Origin: Macrostomum lignano
Lineage: Eukaryota
DNA: 64,000 nucleotides
Direction: 5' to 3'
Assembly: GCA_002269645.1 (NCBI GenBank)
Contig: NIVC01001136.1
Span: forward strand, 1-64,000
How positions within the stretch are numbered: the stretch's first letter is position 1; each line of letters opens with the position of its first letter. The notes beneath the pieces are model-generated. The model worked only from the letters and a program-made list of their open reading frames with translations. It did no database searches and was not told the DNA's origin. Below, piece by piece: positions 44,931 through 59,000 of the stretch. The translations under genes and the position numbers were made by a program.

Positions 44931-46049
44931 ACTATACTTTAGTGCCTACTATATGTCATGTATCCCCTTAAAAGTTTTGAGCGCTTCACAACAACCTTTT
45001 TTAAACTTAGTCGCGTAGCTGATATCTGCAGTGTCGTAAAAGATCTGTATGTCTACGTGTCCCAACGTCGGTAAACTTTCCCCGTGTATTTGGCACTAGT
45101 TCTTTCTTGCTTATTTAACTATTCCGTGTACTAAAAACCTTTTCGAATGTTACGGTCTATAGCTAGAGAGGGATGGATCCATGTTGTATATGCTTCTAAA
45201 AATAATGCTCATTTGTGAGCAAAAAAGAAGAAAACAATGCAAAGTGTTTATTTTTTATCTGTAAACTCGAAGGCACATTTAGAGACGTGTACTGCTAAGC
45301 TTTTTTCGAGTCTTAAATATATATTGAAACTATCTAAAAAATGAAATCTATACTATTGCAGGTGTTCTTTGCTATTTTTCGTTTTTCGTAACGATTTTGT
45401 GGGACCATGCGTAAAATGCTTCAGCAAGTAGTGTGAGTAAATTAGCTGATTTTCTTCTAACATAAACGCGCTAGTGACTTGTCTAACGCGTATTTTTGTT
45501 CAAAGCCTTAACCAAAAGTCCCTTCAGAAAAGCATTTTTCATTACTTCTGTCTACGAAGCTGCTACGGCTTATTAATAAGTAATAATTCTGCCAAAACCA
45601 TTCTCTATCGTTGCGTGTAGGAATAGAAGTTTCCACTCAAACAAAAGCCTAGCAGCTTCGTCGCAAGTGTAAACTGCGGGCGAAAATGCAATTTGTGAGT
45701 TGGGAACAAAATCTAGCTATAGGGGATCTGCAAGACGCGGCGGCCCATGCAGCGTTTTAATTAGCTTTCTTCCCCAAAAACTGGTTGGAGAATTGCCAGC
45801 TGGGGCTGTTAAGTCTTCCCTCCACCAGCAGTCTTTCTAATGGGTTAGGCATCTACGCAGTGACAACAAAAACTGTTTTTTAGCAACGCAAGAGCTGGCT
45901 GTGGATAAAGGCGCATATTAAGAATGCGCATAAAGAATCTTCTTACTAAGCCCACTTGCAACAGCAGCTAACCAGACCACGTCTATTGAGCTACTCTCGT
46001 AAAAAGCCTAAATTGTGCAGGCACTCAATTTTCCTTTCGAAAACTCGCC

Positions 46050-47035
46050 ATGATCTACGCACTGCTCGTAGTGGCTATTTTTTTCTGCGGCGGTTTCTGC
46101 CAGGACCGATGGGCTGAGCAGAGAGACGACCTGAGCGAGTACAAGCTTGACAGCTCGGTGGCTGGTGTGCGGAGCGGCTTGGAGTGCGCGACTCTCGCTA
46201 GACCGCAGCACCAAGCGGTCGAGTTCACTGAGCTCGGCGGCATCTGTCGATTGTACAGCTGCCAGCTTGGAACAAGCGGATGCAGAAAGTGCCGCAATGC
46301 GAGAAACTCGACTCTGCCTCTGCTGCTGGTAGGTGCTCACCGTGTGATTCATTTTTATTCCAATGTCTGTTGCTATCGTTATGCATTATTAATGACCCTA
46401 CGATTTGGCTAACCCTGATATTACAGGTAAGACAGCTGCACGAGCTCGGACGAACCTGCTGGCGCACCTTCCAGCACCGAGTGGACGGCTCGGTAGATTT
46501 CTACCGGAACTGGACAGACTACTTGACTGAGTTCGGACAGGGCGAGGACAGAAACTACTGGATGGGTCTGGAGGCGATCCACCAGCTCACTCGAGCCGGA
46601 GACAGGCGCGTGAGGTGGGAGATGAGCGACTGGAACGGCACTCGCTACTATCTGGAAGACACGCACTTCGCCATACAGGACGCCAGCCAGGGATACCGAG
46701 TCAGCGTCGGGGAGCAGGATTTGAGTAAATCGAATGTCGTGGCCTGTAGCCATGGCAGCCCATACTTTTTAAATGGAAATATGTTTAGCACCATGGACAG
46801 AGATCAGGATGCGGGGACTCAAAACTGTGCTATCAGCTATCACGGAGGCTGGTGGTACGCTAGCTGTCACTGCTTCAATCCGAACGGAAAGTACTTTGAA
46901 CCTCCGTTTGCTTTCAATCAGACGCAGCCTTTGGCTGGAGTTGGCATGTCATTTACTTCGCAAGATCCAGTTTACCCGTTCGTGCACTCCTATTCAATGA
47001 AGACGTATGAGTGCATGGTTGCAGGATCACTCTAA
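46050..47035 (+). CDS. Secreted fibrinogen-related protein, copy 2, 295 aa
   Basis: Exon 1 46050-46328; exon 2 46427-47035; same motifs, with a divergent C-terminal half of the FReD. Confidence 0.9.
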
Positions 47036-48268
47036 ATTATGCCAATTAAGTGTCAGTGGCTTTATCACATCATTGACGAGACTCATTAATTACTAAATCC
47101 AAATTTAATTACATTCTTAAATGAATACATAATGAAAATCTTAAGTGATGCGTGATTTGTTTAACTTTTTGCATCCTGGTAACTGATTAAACAATTCAAT
47201 GCAGTTCGTAGATTATTTTTTGTATCAAATCCCGAATTCTGATCGAAAACAACTATTCTTTCAATAATTTCTATTTTTTGACAATGCACTGTGTTTCTTT
47301 TTTATAGATTTGCGGCTCTTGCACCTTTAAAATTTTTGTTTTTGCGGGAGTTATGTAGATGAATAAACATGAATTTTGAGCTATTTATGAAAGTAGCTCC
47401 CGAAAAGGCATGCTGAATATCAGATAAAACGTAGACAGAAAGATTTTACCTGATATTATTAAATGTTACTAAAAAACATCCTGGAGAACGCAAATAATGC
47501 GTGGAAAGCCACTGTATCTACAATTTAGCTTTCAGTTAAAATAGACGCAAACAAAGCTAGTATTTTTTACGGTAAAAACTCTAACAGTTCAATCTGCTTC
47601 GACTTTCTTATTCATCGAGAAAGTTTTAATCATATGCAGCATTGTTTGAATATGGGCTAGCATTTATGCTTGCACTGTCTCTAAGGCACTAACCATGAGC
47701 CGCTCTGCATCCTAATCCCGTGAGTAGCAGTCCTCAGCAGCATTAGAAGTACTCTAATTTGCGTCCCCTGCACAGTATCAGCAGTGTATCGCCTGACTCA
47801 GCCCTCAAATACGCCACTGGCACACCTGGCAACAGGTACTTTTCACATGTAAGGCTTCTCAGGCAGTTAACTCAATACATAAAATTCTCCGCAGTTACTG
47901 GGGGATGCGAGTCTTTGTGGGAAAATTACGAGCGTAATTGGAAGTTGGGAAGAAAATTGGTGTCGCGTTGCTAACAACAAAACTTGAGAATCATGTGACT
48001 AGCGCTAACCTCTCTACCCCGGCAGGGAGGCAGCAGTTTACAATAACAATGGAATTTTCTCTTCCAACCCCTAGACAGGAAAATTCTAGCCGAAGTCAGA
48101 TAGAAATTGCCAATAAAAACTCTTTCTCGCTTCTCAGTCTGAAAGCGATTTGAGAAAGAAACCATCCAGTTGATTCCAGCAAACAACTGCAACTAACTGT
48201 AAATTTTCAAAGCCGAGACAACTGCAGAAAGTCAGCCCCTACTACTTGAGAAGCTCTACGAAACGAAG

Positions 48269-49239
48269 ATGAATGCTGAACTTCTTGTAGTAATCACTCT
48301 GCTGTGTAGAACTGCTTCGTCGCAGCTCAACTGGGCCGTGCAGAGAGACGACCTGAGCGAGTACAAGCTTGACAGCTCGGTGGCTGGCGTGCGGAGCGAC
48401 TTGGAGTGCGCGACTCTCGCTAGACCGCAGCACCAAGCGATTAAGTTCGATCGCGAGCGGTACACTTGTCGATTGTACAGCTGCCAGCTTGGAACGAGCG
48501 GATGCAGAAAGTGCCGCAATGCGAGAAACTCGACTCTGCCTCTGCTGCTGGTAGGTGCTCACCGTGCGATCCATTTTTATTCCAATGTCTGTTGCAATCG
48601 TTATGCATTTGGCTAACCGTGATATTACAGGTGAGACAGCTGGACGAGCTCGGACGAACCTGCTGGCGCACCTTCCAGCACCGAGTGGACGGCTCGGTAG
48701 ATTTCTACCGGAACTGGACAAACTACTTGACTGAGTTCGGACAGGGCGAGGACAGAAACTACTGGATGGGTCTGGAAGCGATCCACCAGCTCACTCGAGC
48801 CGGAGACAGGCGCGTGAGGTGGGAGATGAGCGACTGGAACGGCACTCGCTACTGGTGGGAGGACGCTCACTTCGCCGTGCAGGACGCCAGTCAAGGATAC
48901 CGAGTCAGCGTCGGAGAGCCTGAAGTCGGCCGGTCGAATGTTGCAACTTGCAGTCATACCGTTGGTGCCTACATGAACAATGCGATGTTCAGCACACCGG
49001 ATAAGGATCAAGACACATGGTCCAGTAACTGCGCAGTCACCTACCAAGGAGCCTGGTGGTACGGCAGTTGTCACTGCTTCAACCCGAACGGTCGGTACTT
49101 CACGCCTCCAGCAGCTTTTTACTTGTCTGAGCCGTTGTGGGCCGACGGACTTACGTTCTCTTCCCCAGGCATTGGCTATCCGCTGAGCCACTACTACTCA
49201 ATGAAGACTTTTGAATGCATGGTGGCTGCTTCTGTTTGA
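48269..49239 (+). CDS. Secreted fibrinogen-related protein, copy 3, 296 aa
   Basis: Exon 1 48269-48550; 80-nt intron; exon 2 48631-49239; FReD nearly identical to copy 1. Confidence 0.9.
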
Positions 49240-50090
49240 ACAACCCGCGAATTCGAATTGTATGCGGAAGAATAAGAAACTATTTTTAGACATACTTTTT
49301 ATTAAATCTTGGTAAACCAAAAGTAACTATTAGGGATCTAGGATGCTACACTCGGTTCCGATAAAGTTTCTATAAAAGAGACACAATTCTTTAAGGAGCA
49401 GTTTTTGCCTTTTTCAGCAATGACCGACTGCAGATTACGGGTTTGCGTTACTTTTGCGTTACTTTTGCGTCACTTTAACTCACTCTTCTTATACGGCAGA
49501 GAAACCTTAAGGATTTCAATTTTTTACAGTTTACAGTTGAAGAAAAACATTGTCTGTTCATATCCTGCTGCAGCGACTGTGTTATAAGTGCAGGTAACAA
49601 CGCAAGGTATTGCTTTTTCATTTTCTTTTTTGAGAAGAAAAGTGTGTCTTTAAAATTAAAGAAAATTTTTTAAATTAAAGTGTCTTTAAAATGTTAAAAT
49701 TAAAGTTAAATGTTAAAGTTAATGTTAAATGTTAAAATGTCTTTAAAATGTCTTTAAAATTAAAATTAGAATTTTTTAAATTTTTAAACACTTATTTGCC
49801 ATTTACGTTTGTTTGTTGACGAGCTATCTGTATCGTGCACTGCTAAATGTCGTGCAGTGCACGTGCTAAATCTCTAAACTAACTGCGCATATGTTGTAGA
49901 CGCTTTATAGAACAGTTTGTGTTAAAAAGTGAAATAAAGAAAGGATAAAAGAAGCCTAAGTAAGTACTTAAAGCCTTTTCAATCAAGTATTTAACTTTTC
50001 TCAAAGCCAGAAATTAATAAAGAGTTCAAATTCCTTTTTTCAACTTTCGATTACCGTTTATTGGTCTGACCGAGGAAACTCTTCAACAAA

Positions 50091-53000
50091 ATGAACAATT
50101 CATTGTGGCAGTCAAATCTGGTGCCGCAAGCTCTGTGGAGCTCTCTACCGGGATCTCGTCAAGGCGCTGGAGCTTTCGCCAAGCACCAGCAAACTAATAA
50201 TCAGTTTTCACCTGTCGACTACGTGGTTCTGGGCGTCTTTCTGACCGCTTCACTGGCGGTCGGGATTGTAGCAAGCTTTATAGGACGGCGAAAAGGTACT
50301 GCAGCTGTGATGTAGATTGTACATTTACGTATAGTCCGAAAGATGCAATTTATCGATCGGTAGTTTCCTTTATTTGTATCCTTGGTCGGTAGTTTCCTCT
50401 AATGATAGATTTCTCGTTCGGTAGTCTCTTCTTTTGGTAGATTTTTCAGTCGGTAGTTTCCTCTATTGGTAGTTTCCTCGATCGGTAGTTTCCTCGATCG
50501 GTAGTTTCCTCGATCGGTAGTTTCCTCGATCGGTAGTTTCCTCGATCGGTAGTTTCCTTGATCGGTAGTTTCCTCGATCGGTAGTTTCCTTGATCGGTAG
50601 TTTCCTCGATCGGTAGTTTCCTCGATCGGTAGTTTCCTCGATCGGTAGTTTCCTCGATCGGTAGTTTCCTCGATCGGTAGTTTCCTCGATCGGTAGTTTC
50701 CTCGATCGGTAGTTTCCTCGATCGGTAGTTTCCTCGATCGGTAGTTTCCTCGATCGGTAGTTTCCTTGATCGGTAGTTTCCTCGATCGGTAGTTTACTCG
50801 GTCATTGGTTGTTACTATGCGCTTTTCGAGTTTTTTTGGGTTTTAAGTATTCGAAACTCACTACTAGCAAAAGTAGTAAAGATAAAAATCTTTTTAATTA
50901 GTATCTTCTGTTCTATTTAATAACTAACTAATTAAAATAAAAACAAACGTGAATCGTTTTTGAGGCTTTAGTTTCTTCCCTTTTAATACAATGCGTCGAA
51001 TAATAAGGCTAATGAAAAGGTAAAAAGAAAAGTAAAGAGATGGAAGAGAAGGTAGGAGAGAAGAGAGGAGAGCAGGGATAGGCGCCTATCCACATATACC
51101 ATATGAACCTAATTTTAACCCTTAAATTTGTGACAAAGTTTAAAACGTGATAAGGCAGATTGCTAAGTAGATTACCCTACTTTTAGCTTTTACCCTACTA
51201 GTAGTAGTTAAGGGTGGGGAAATTTTAGCAGTGGATAGATAAGGAATTTGAAAGTTGCTATACAAGTATAGAGCAGTTGGGCTCTGGGTCTGTTTATTAT
51301 GTAACATTCTTCAAAAAATTAAGTATTTCGGATCATTTTTCATTCTTTAATCTTACATAATGTGATTATAAGAACAGTAGGGAAACTGGTAGCAGAATGC
51401 AACTACCAAACTCAACTACCGTACCAACTAGTGATACCCTAAGTTCTCTTTAGTAAAAGCATCCTACTCGAGAATTCCAGGAAAATATCTTCGGCCAAAA
51501 TGTCAGTAAAACCTACTACTTACTACTTACTTACTTACTACTTACTTACTTACTACTTACTTACTTACTACTTACTTACTTACTACTTACTTACTTACTA
51601 CTTACTTACTTACTACTTACTTACTTACTACTTATCTTTACACAGGCAACGCAGACGATGGCAGCGCCGGCTCGGACGAAAAAGAAGAATTCGTAATGGG
51701 CGGCCGCAAGCAGCAGGTGATCCCAGTGGCCCTGTCACTGTTGGTGTCGTTCAACTCGGCCATACTAATCCTCGGGGGTCCAGCCGAGATCTACTTCAAT
51801 GGCACAATGTACGTGCTGTCAATATTTGGCGAGCAGATCGGTTGCGTTCTGGCGGCTCTGATATTCGTGCCGGTGTTTTATCAGCTGCGACTGACGAGCT
51901 CGTTCGAGGTGAGAACCTGTAGCGTTTGCCGATTGCGGTGCAACCACAATAAGTTATGGCTAAAAATTCATTTATTAAAGAGATCAAAAAATATATGGGA
52001 ACTAGAGGATCTAACGTAGACAGTTTTCCCAAACTGCAGAAAATATTATAAACTCGAGAAATATGAATTGCATTTTAAACCACTTGAATAAATCTTATTC
52101 TATGATCACATGAAGTTGAGTCTGTTTATTATTTTGTTATTCTTATCTCCTCTTTCAGAGCTAAAGACTCCAAAAAGTTCACAAAAGTTAGACCTTATAA
52201 TATATTTAATTATAACATCACAGGACTGTCGTAATGAGCTTTCTGTAGCTGACGTCACGGGACTGTCGTAAAGAGTTTTCTGTAGCTGACGTCACGGGAC
52301 TGTCGTAAAGAGCTTTCTGTAGCTGACGTCACGGGACTGTCGTTAATAGTTTTCAGTAACTGTCGTCACGGGACTGTCGTAAAGAGCTTTCTGTAGCTTT
52401 CGTCACGGGACTGTCGTAAAGAGTTTTCAGTAGCTGACGTCACGGGACTGTCGTAAAGAGTTTTCTGTAGCTGACGTCACGGGACTGTCGTAAAGAGTTT
52501 TCTGTAGCTGACGTCACGGGACTGTCGTTAATAGTTTTCAGTAACTGTCGTCACGGGACTGTCGTAAAGAGCTTTCTGTAGCTTTCGTCACGGGACTGTC
52601 GTAAAGAGTTTTCAGTAGCTGACGTCACGGGACTGTCGTAAAGAGTTTTCAGTAGCTGACGTCACGGGACTGTCGTAAAGAGTTTTCTGTAGCTGACGTC
52701 ACGGGACTGTCGTAAAGAGTTTTCTGTAGCTGACGTCACGGGACTGTCGTAAAGAGTTTTCTGTAGCTGACGTCACGGGACTGTCGTTAATAGTTTTCAG
52801 TAACTGTCGTCACGGGACTGTCGTAAAGAGCTTTCTGTAGCTTTCGTCACGGGACTGTCGTAAAGAGTTTTCAGTAGCTGACGTCACGGGACTGTCGTAA
52901 AGAGTTTTCTGTAGCTGACGTCACGGGACTGTCGTTAATAGTTTTCAGTAACTGTCGTCACGGAACTGTCGTAAAGAGCTTTCTGTAGCTTTCGTCACGG

Positions 53001-56000
53001 GACTGTCGTAAAGAGTTTTCAGTAGCTGACGTCACGGGACTGTCGTAAAGAGTTTTCTGTAGCTGACGTCACGGGACTGTCGTAAAGAGTTTTCTGTAGC
53101 TGACGTCACGGGACTGTCGTTAAGAGTTTTTCTAGCCAAGAATTCATCAAGAATTCTCGTAATTTCATTGCAGTATCTCGAGCTGAGATTCAAGTCTCGT
53201 CTTGTTCGACTGATGGGAAATTTCCTGTTTCTAATTAGTAACGTGAGTATATAGTGGCTTTTACTAAAACTTATAGGTGCCTGTGTTCTTAAACGTACAC
53301 TTTATTACCTGATATAGATTTATCTGATTTGACAAAAACTTACAGGTGATCTACATGGGACTTGCATTGTACGCTCCAGCCACTGCCTTGCAGTATGGTA
53401 AGTCGCATTGTGAAATGCAGGCATCTGTTTAAGTCAATACAGGTGCTGCACTTGCAAATTAGGCAAAATTTCGCTGTAGGTCGTTTATCGTTGAAAAAAT
53501 GCATTAGCTTGATAGCGGAGGGATTGATGGTTATTTCTCAGCCTAATGGAACTGAAGTCCTAATATCTCACCCTTTCGACTTTTTAACTGGCGTGTACAC
53601 AGGAACTTTTATTTATTGTAGGGGGTAGCAATCATTAGGGGTGCCACTATTTGGTGCTTTGGTGGGCGCCCCTGTCTCTTGGTGGGCGCCCCTGTCTCTT
53701 GGTGGGCGCCCCTGTCTTTTGGGGGGCGCCCCTGTCTTTTGGAGGGCCACCACCCCCTGTCTCTTGGAGGGCGCCCCTGTCTTTCGGTTGGCGCCCCTGT
53801 CTCTTGGGCGCCCCTGTCTCTTGGAGGGCGCCCCTGTCTTTTGGAGGGCCACCCCCTGTCTCTTGGAGGGCGCCCCTGTCTCTCGGTTGGCGCCCCTGTC
53901 TCTCGGTTGGCGCCCCTGTCTCTCGGTTGGCGCCCTTGTCTCTCGGTTGGCGCCCCTGTCTCTCGGTTGGCGCCCCTGTCTCTCGGTTGGCGCCCCTGTC
54001 TCTCGGTTGGCGCCCCTGTCTCTCGTTTGGCGCCCCTGTCTCTTCGTTGGCGGCCATTCCCCTGTCTTCTATGTGTAGTAGCCTTATACTTTTGTTACCT
54101 TAATTGAAATATGGATATTGACATTCATAATTTTGCAATCCGTTAAACACTTTTAGTTTCCAACGGTGCCATCCCTGTTGAAGCGTCAATCGCCGTGAGC
54201 GGTGTGATCTGCACTTTCTACACAGCCTGGGTTAGTGACTACACGAGTAATTCTACATTTTTTATAAATAGCTGACGCAGACGAATCTTGCACTGTTTAA
54301 ATAAGATTTAAAGAAGATTTAATAGACTCTTTGTTGTCATGCGATTCACAGCCATGAGGGGCAACCTCTCCCCCCACCGCAGAGAGTGTAAATATGTGTT
54401 GCACATTATCACTATTAGTAAATCCGCTATTCCAAAAAGTTCTAATATTCACTTTGTGTCGTTTCAATCAGGGCGGACTCAAGGCTGTGATCTGGACTGA
54501 TGTTTTTCAATCGGTTGTGATGACGGCAGGAATTTTGGCTATCATTATTCGGGTAAGTTAAAAGTTTACTTACCCGAAAGTCAAACAAAATGCTTGAACT
54601 TGATCTTGTATTATTACATAGTTTACAATTAATTTCTGTTGCAGGGACTCATTGACCTGGGTGGCATTGGAAATGTGTGGCAGATATCGTACAAATATGG
54701 TCGCATCGAGTTCGACAAGTGAGTTTCAATAATGTCCCTTTTAAACTTCAGTTGCGCTGACTACTGCCGCTAAAAGGGGTGTCGTTTTTGGCACGGCAGC
54801 AGGCACTCATTTTGGTGCCGCTGGCAGGGTAACAAGGTGGGTACGAGTAGGTGGGCAAAGCATAGGTATGTCCACCACACAGCTTTTACTGAACGGGGGG
54901 ACATGTCCCCCTGTCCCCTCAGTGCCGACCTCCCCTGGTTACTAAGGCAATACAGGCAATTGCATGGAATGTGCTACACGTCGTTTTTGTAAGTATGTCG
55001 ATGTCAAATCTTAAAAAGTTACTTTTTACTGCGTATTGCATATGAGGGGAGAGGGGAGGGGAGATGAGGGGAGAAGAGAGGGGAGATGAGGGGAGAGGAG
55101 AGTGGAGAGTAGAGGAGAGAGGAGAGGAGAGATAAGAGGAGAGGGGATAGGAGAGAGGAGATGATTGGAGAGGAGAGGAGAGAGGGGAGATTAGGGCAGA
55201 CGAGAGGAGAGGGGAGATGATTGGAGAGGAGAGGAGAGGAGAGGAGAGGAGAGGAGAGGAGAGGAGAGGAGAGGAGAGGAGAGGAGAGGAGAGGAGAGGA
55301 GAGGAGAGGAGAGGAGAGGAGAGGAGAGGAGAGGAGAGGAGAGAGAGAGGAGAGGAGAGGAGAGGAGAGGAGAGGAGAGGAGAGGAGAGGAGAGGAGAGG
55401 AGAGGAGAGGAGAGGAGAGGAGAGGAGAGGAGAGGAGAGGAGAGGAGAGGAGAGGAGAGGAGAAGAGAAGAAAGGAGAGGAGAGGAGAGTAGAGGAGAGG
55501 AGAGGAGAGGAGAGGAGAGGAGAGGAGGAGAGGAGAGGAGAGGAGAGGAGAGGAGAGGAGAGGAGAGGAGAGGAGAGGAGAGGAGAGGAGAGGAGAGGAG
55601 AGGAGAGAGAGAGCTGAGAAGAGACTCAAACCCTGAGCAGGCCGCATTGCTATTGTGAAGTTTCAAAGGACTCGAGGGCCGGATAGAGAGGCATTGCGGG
55701 CCGCTTGTTCTATAGCGTATGCGCATTCTGTTCATTATTTTTTAGCTTCAGCTTAGATCCCCGAGTTCGTCACACAGTCTGGGGTCTGGTGGTTAACGGC
55801 ATCGCCTACTCCAGCACATTCGGCGTGTCTCAAGCCTCCGTGCAGCGGTACTGCTCAGTGAAAACTATGCGACAGGCTCAATTGTAAATGTGGCCATTTT
55901 TATGACTTATTCATTGTGTTGTGATTTGGGCCATAGACATGGGCTAGGCGTAGCGTTAAGGGCACAGCAGCCCAGCAGTAAACGCGTCTCTGACTGTCGC

Positions 56001-59000
56001 GCTATGACACCTAGCCCTAGCCCTGGTTGTGGTGCGATGCACAGCTCTGAGAGCCACCCCCAGGTCACAGTGAAGTGTACAGCCTGACGATTAGAAAGAC
56101 TGGGCCGCTGTACATCAATTTCAGCTAATCATAGACCACTAGCAGTATACCAGGACGCTACACTCACAGATCGTGTACTTTTTAAAGGCCAATTTACGTC
56201 AAGAATACACTGCGGAAATAGGAAAAAAATAATCTGTGCTCTCGTATCATCTTCATCTTTTTGGCCCCAAAAAAGTTATACCATCTTTGATTATACTGCT
56301 AGTAGTGGTCCTTGAGCTAAATTTGTAAACTTTACGTAAAGCTTATGCATAGGAGAAAAAAAGACTAGATTTAAGTACAAAATATAACAAAACTTACTTA
56401 AAATCCCTGTGCACAGGTCAGTCGTTCTGGCCTCTCTCGGTGCCATATTCTTCGTGGTGTCCTCGTGCCTGGCGGGTCTGATCATTTTCGCATATTACGC
56501 TAACGTCGCCTGCGACCCCAGCGCGGCTGGCTGGATCGAGGATTCGAACCAGGTCCAACAATGCTAGCTTTTTTACTATGAAAATAACTGCATGGCTTTA
56601 GTGTTCACAGGGGGCAAGTCGAGCAATTTACAGACACAGATCAACTATAGTGAACCAACAACAACATCGAACAGAACACACGTACTGTACAGGATTACTT
56701 GCTCCATTTGTCGTTGGGAAAATTTGGTGCTGTAAAGACTGAAAACGAAAAATCAGCACCTGAAGTGCATGCTGCAAAGTTCAGCAAAGTTTACAGTTGT
56801 TTGAAACCTTCAACTGCTTTGGGCGGCAACAGAAATATGGGATAGAAAAGTATACAACACATTAATAATGCTTGATAGGGGTAGCTTGCGGCCTTACTAA
56901 GCAGTAATCGAATGCAGTGATAACTGAATGCGCTCAACCATTGCATCATATAGAATAGAAATGAAGATGTAGCAGTATGAAACTGGAGAAATTGTTGATT
57001 TTTGGACCAACCCTAGTGGCCACTTTCTTACTTTCATTACCACTAGACGGACCATTGTCACAAGATCCAGTTTAGACATCTACTGGTTGAATCTAAACAG
57101 CAGTTCACATGTGGGCTTTGGCCCCGAATCTTGAAATGAGTCGAGTTGTCCCATTTTTTATGATTTTTAGGCATGGTACATGTGCGGGGGGGCGTAGCCT
57201 TTTTTATGATTTTTAGGCATGGTACATGTGCGGGGGGGCCGTAGCCTTTTTTATGATTTTTAGGCAAGGTACATGTGCGGGGGGCCGTAGCCTTTTTTAT
57301 GATTTTTAGGCATGGTACATGTGCGGGGGGGCTGTAGCCTTTTTTATGATTTTTAGGCAAGGTACATGTGCGCGGGGCCGTAGCCTTTTTTATGATTTTT
57401 AGGCAAGGTACATGTGCGGGGGGCCGTAGCCGTTTTATGATTTTTAGGCATGGTACATGTGCGGGGGGGCCGTAGCCGTTTTATGATTTTTAGGCATGGA
57501 ACATGTGCGAGGGGGGCCGTAGCCTTTTTTATGATTTTTAGGCATGGAACATGTGCGGGGGGCCGTAGCCTTTTTTATGATTTTTAGGCAAGGTACATGT
57601 GCGGGGGCGTAGCCTTTTTTATGATTTTTAGGCAAGGTACATGTGCGGGGGGCCGTAGCCTTTTTTATGATTTTTAGGCATGGTACATGTGCGGGGGGCC
57701 GTAGCCTTTTTTATGTGAGTGTGTGAGTGTGTGTATGCGTATGACTGCGTACGGATCCGCGCGCTTGTGTGCCTGCTCAGGGGAGTCGGCGGAATGGGTA
57801 GTAATGCCTCTCGCTGGTTGTGTGACAATGTCGCTTAAAGTGCGCCAGGGTGCACACAGCCCTGTCTTTAATACAAAAGCAACAATAAACTTCATAATAT
57901 ATACGAGCATATATGTATTTAGCATATTAACATGATCGCGTGTGTTTTTTCAGTACAGATCGTTCCATTCTATGTGATGGAAAACCTCAGCATACCAGTG
58001 GTTCCTGGCCTATTCATCGCTTCGCTATTCGCCGGAGCCCTGAGGTAAGGAAGGGTTCTTGTGTGAGCAGCTCTTGAAACTAAATGCTTTTTCTCCCTTT
58101 CAGTTTCACCCATTATACATTAGGCATTGAATGCTGCTGATGCCATTGTGTTGCAGTTCGGTATCGTCATCCTTGAGCGCGCTGGCTGCCACAACATGGG
58201 AAGATTTTTTCAAGCCCTACTGGTGCCTGAACGCTACCGAGGCTAAAGCTACGTGGATCAACCGCCTGTTTAGTAAGAGACTGCTGTGCCTACTGCTAGA
58301 GTTATGGGCTGTGTAAGAGTTTAATGCATGATTTGGCAGTTGCACGAAGAAGTACGAAAGCCACAGTGGGCCAGACGATGTTATTTATTTAATATTTAGT
58401 CGGCTACTGCATTGCGTGGGGTGGTGGTCGTAAATGTACACTTTGCTTACTACGAGTACAGATAAGGGGGCGAGAGTTAGAGAGAGAAAGCCGGCTGACG
58501 TACGGAGCCGGAAAAATGGGGTGGGCGCTCTATAGCAAATCAATGGCTCACATCTCTCCTCAACGCAGAAAAGAAAATCACTTTTGAAAACTCGATGCTT
58601 GCATTCGAAGCGCGGGGAGACTCGAACGACATACCGATTGAAGGGGAAATAAAATATTGGTTGCCGCTGACCATTGAATAAAAAAAAACAACGGACGCAG
58701 CCGGAATAAAAGCATTTCGAGAAACGAAAAAAAACGCAAAAGGTTACAAAAGACATTTAACAGTTTCAAACATTTTTAAACAGTTGCGACGGATTTCAAG
58801 ACTATCAAATCCCCCCCCCCCTCAATCAAGTGTAGACTTTGAATCCCTCCTTCGCCGCTCTCGGATGCGGAGTGTGGGCGATCGGCACGTTCTGCTCGAC
58901 GTCGGCGGGGCCGGCAGCGTCGGGTGCCGCCGCCTGCGGCTCCACCAGGTCGGGCTCCGGTGGCAGCGCCTTCAGGGCCGTGCAGTGTCGCCGACAAGTG

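Noticed and set aside
53613-55735. Long repetitive ORFs (GAPVS..., LSSPL..., RRGEE...)
   Set aside because: Translations of intronic 20-bp and GAGAG repeats inside the SLC5 gene.
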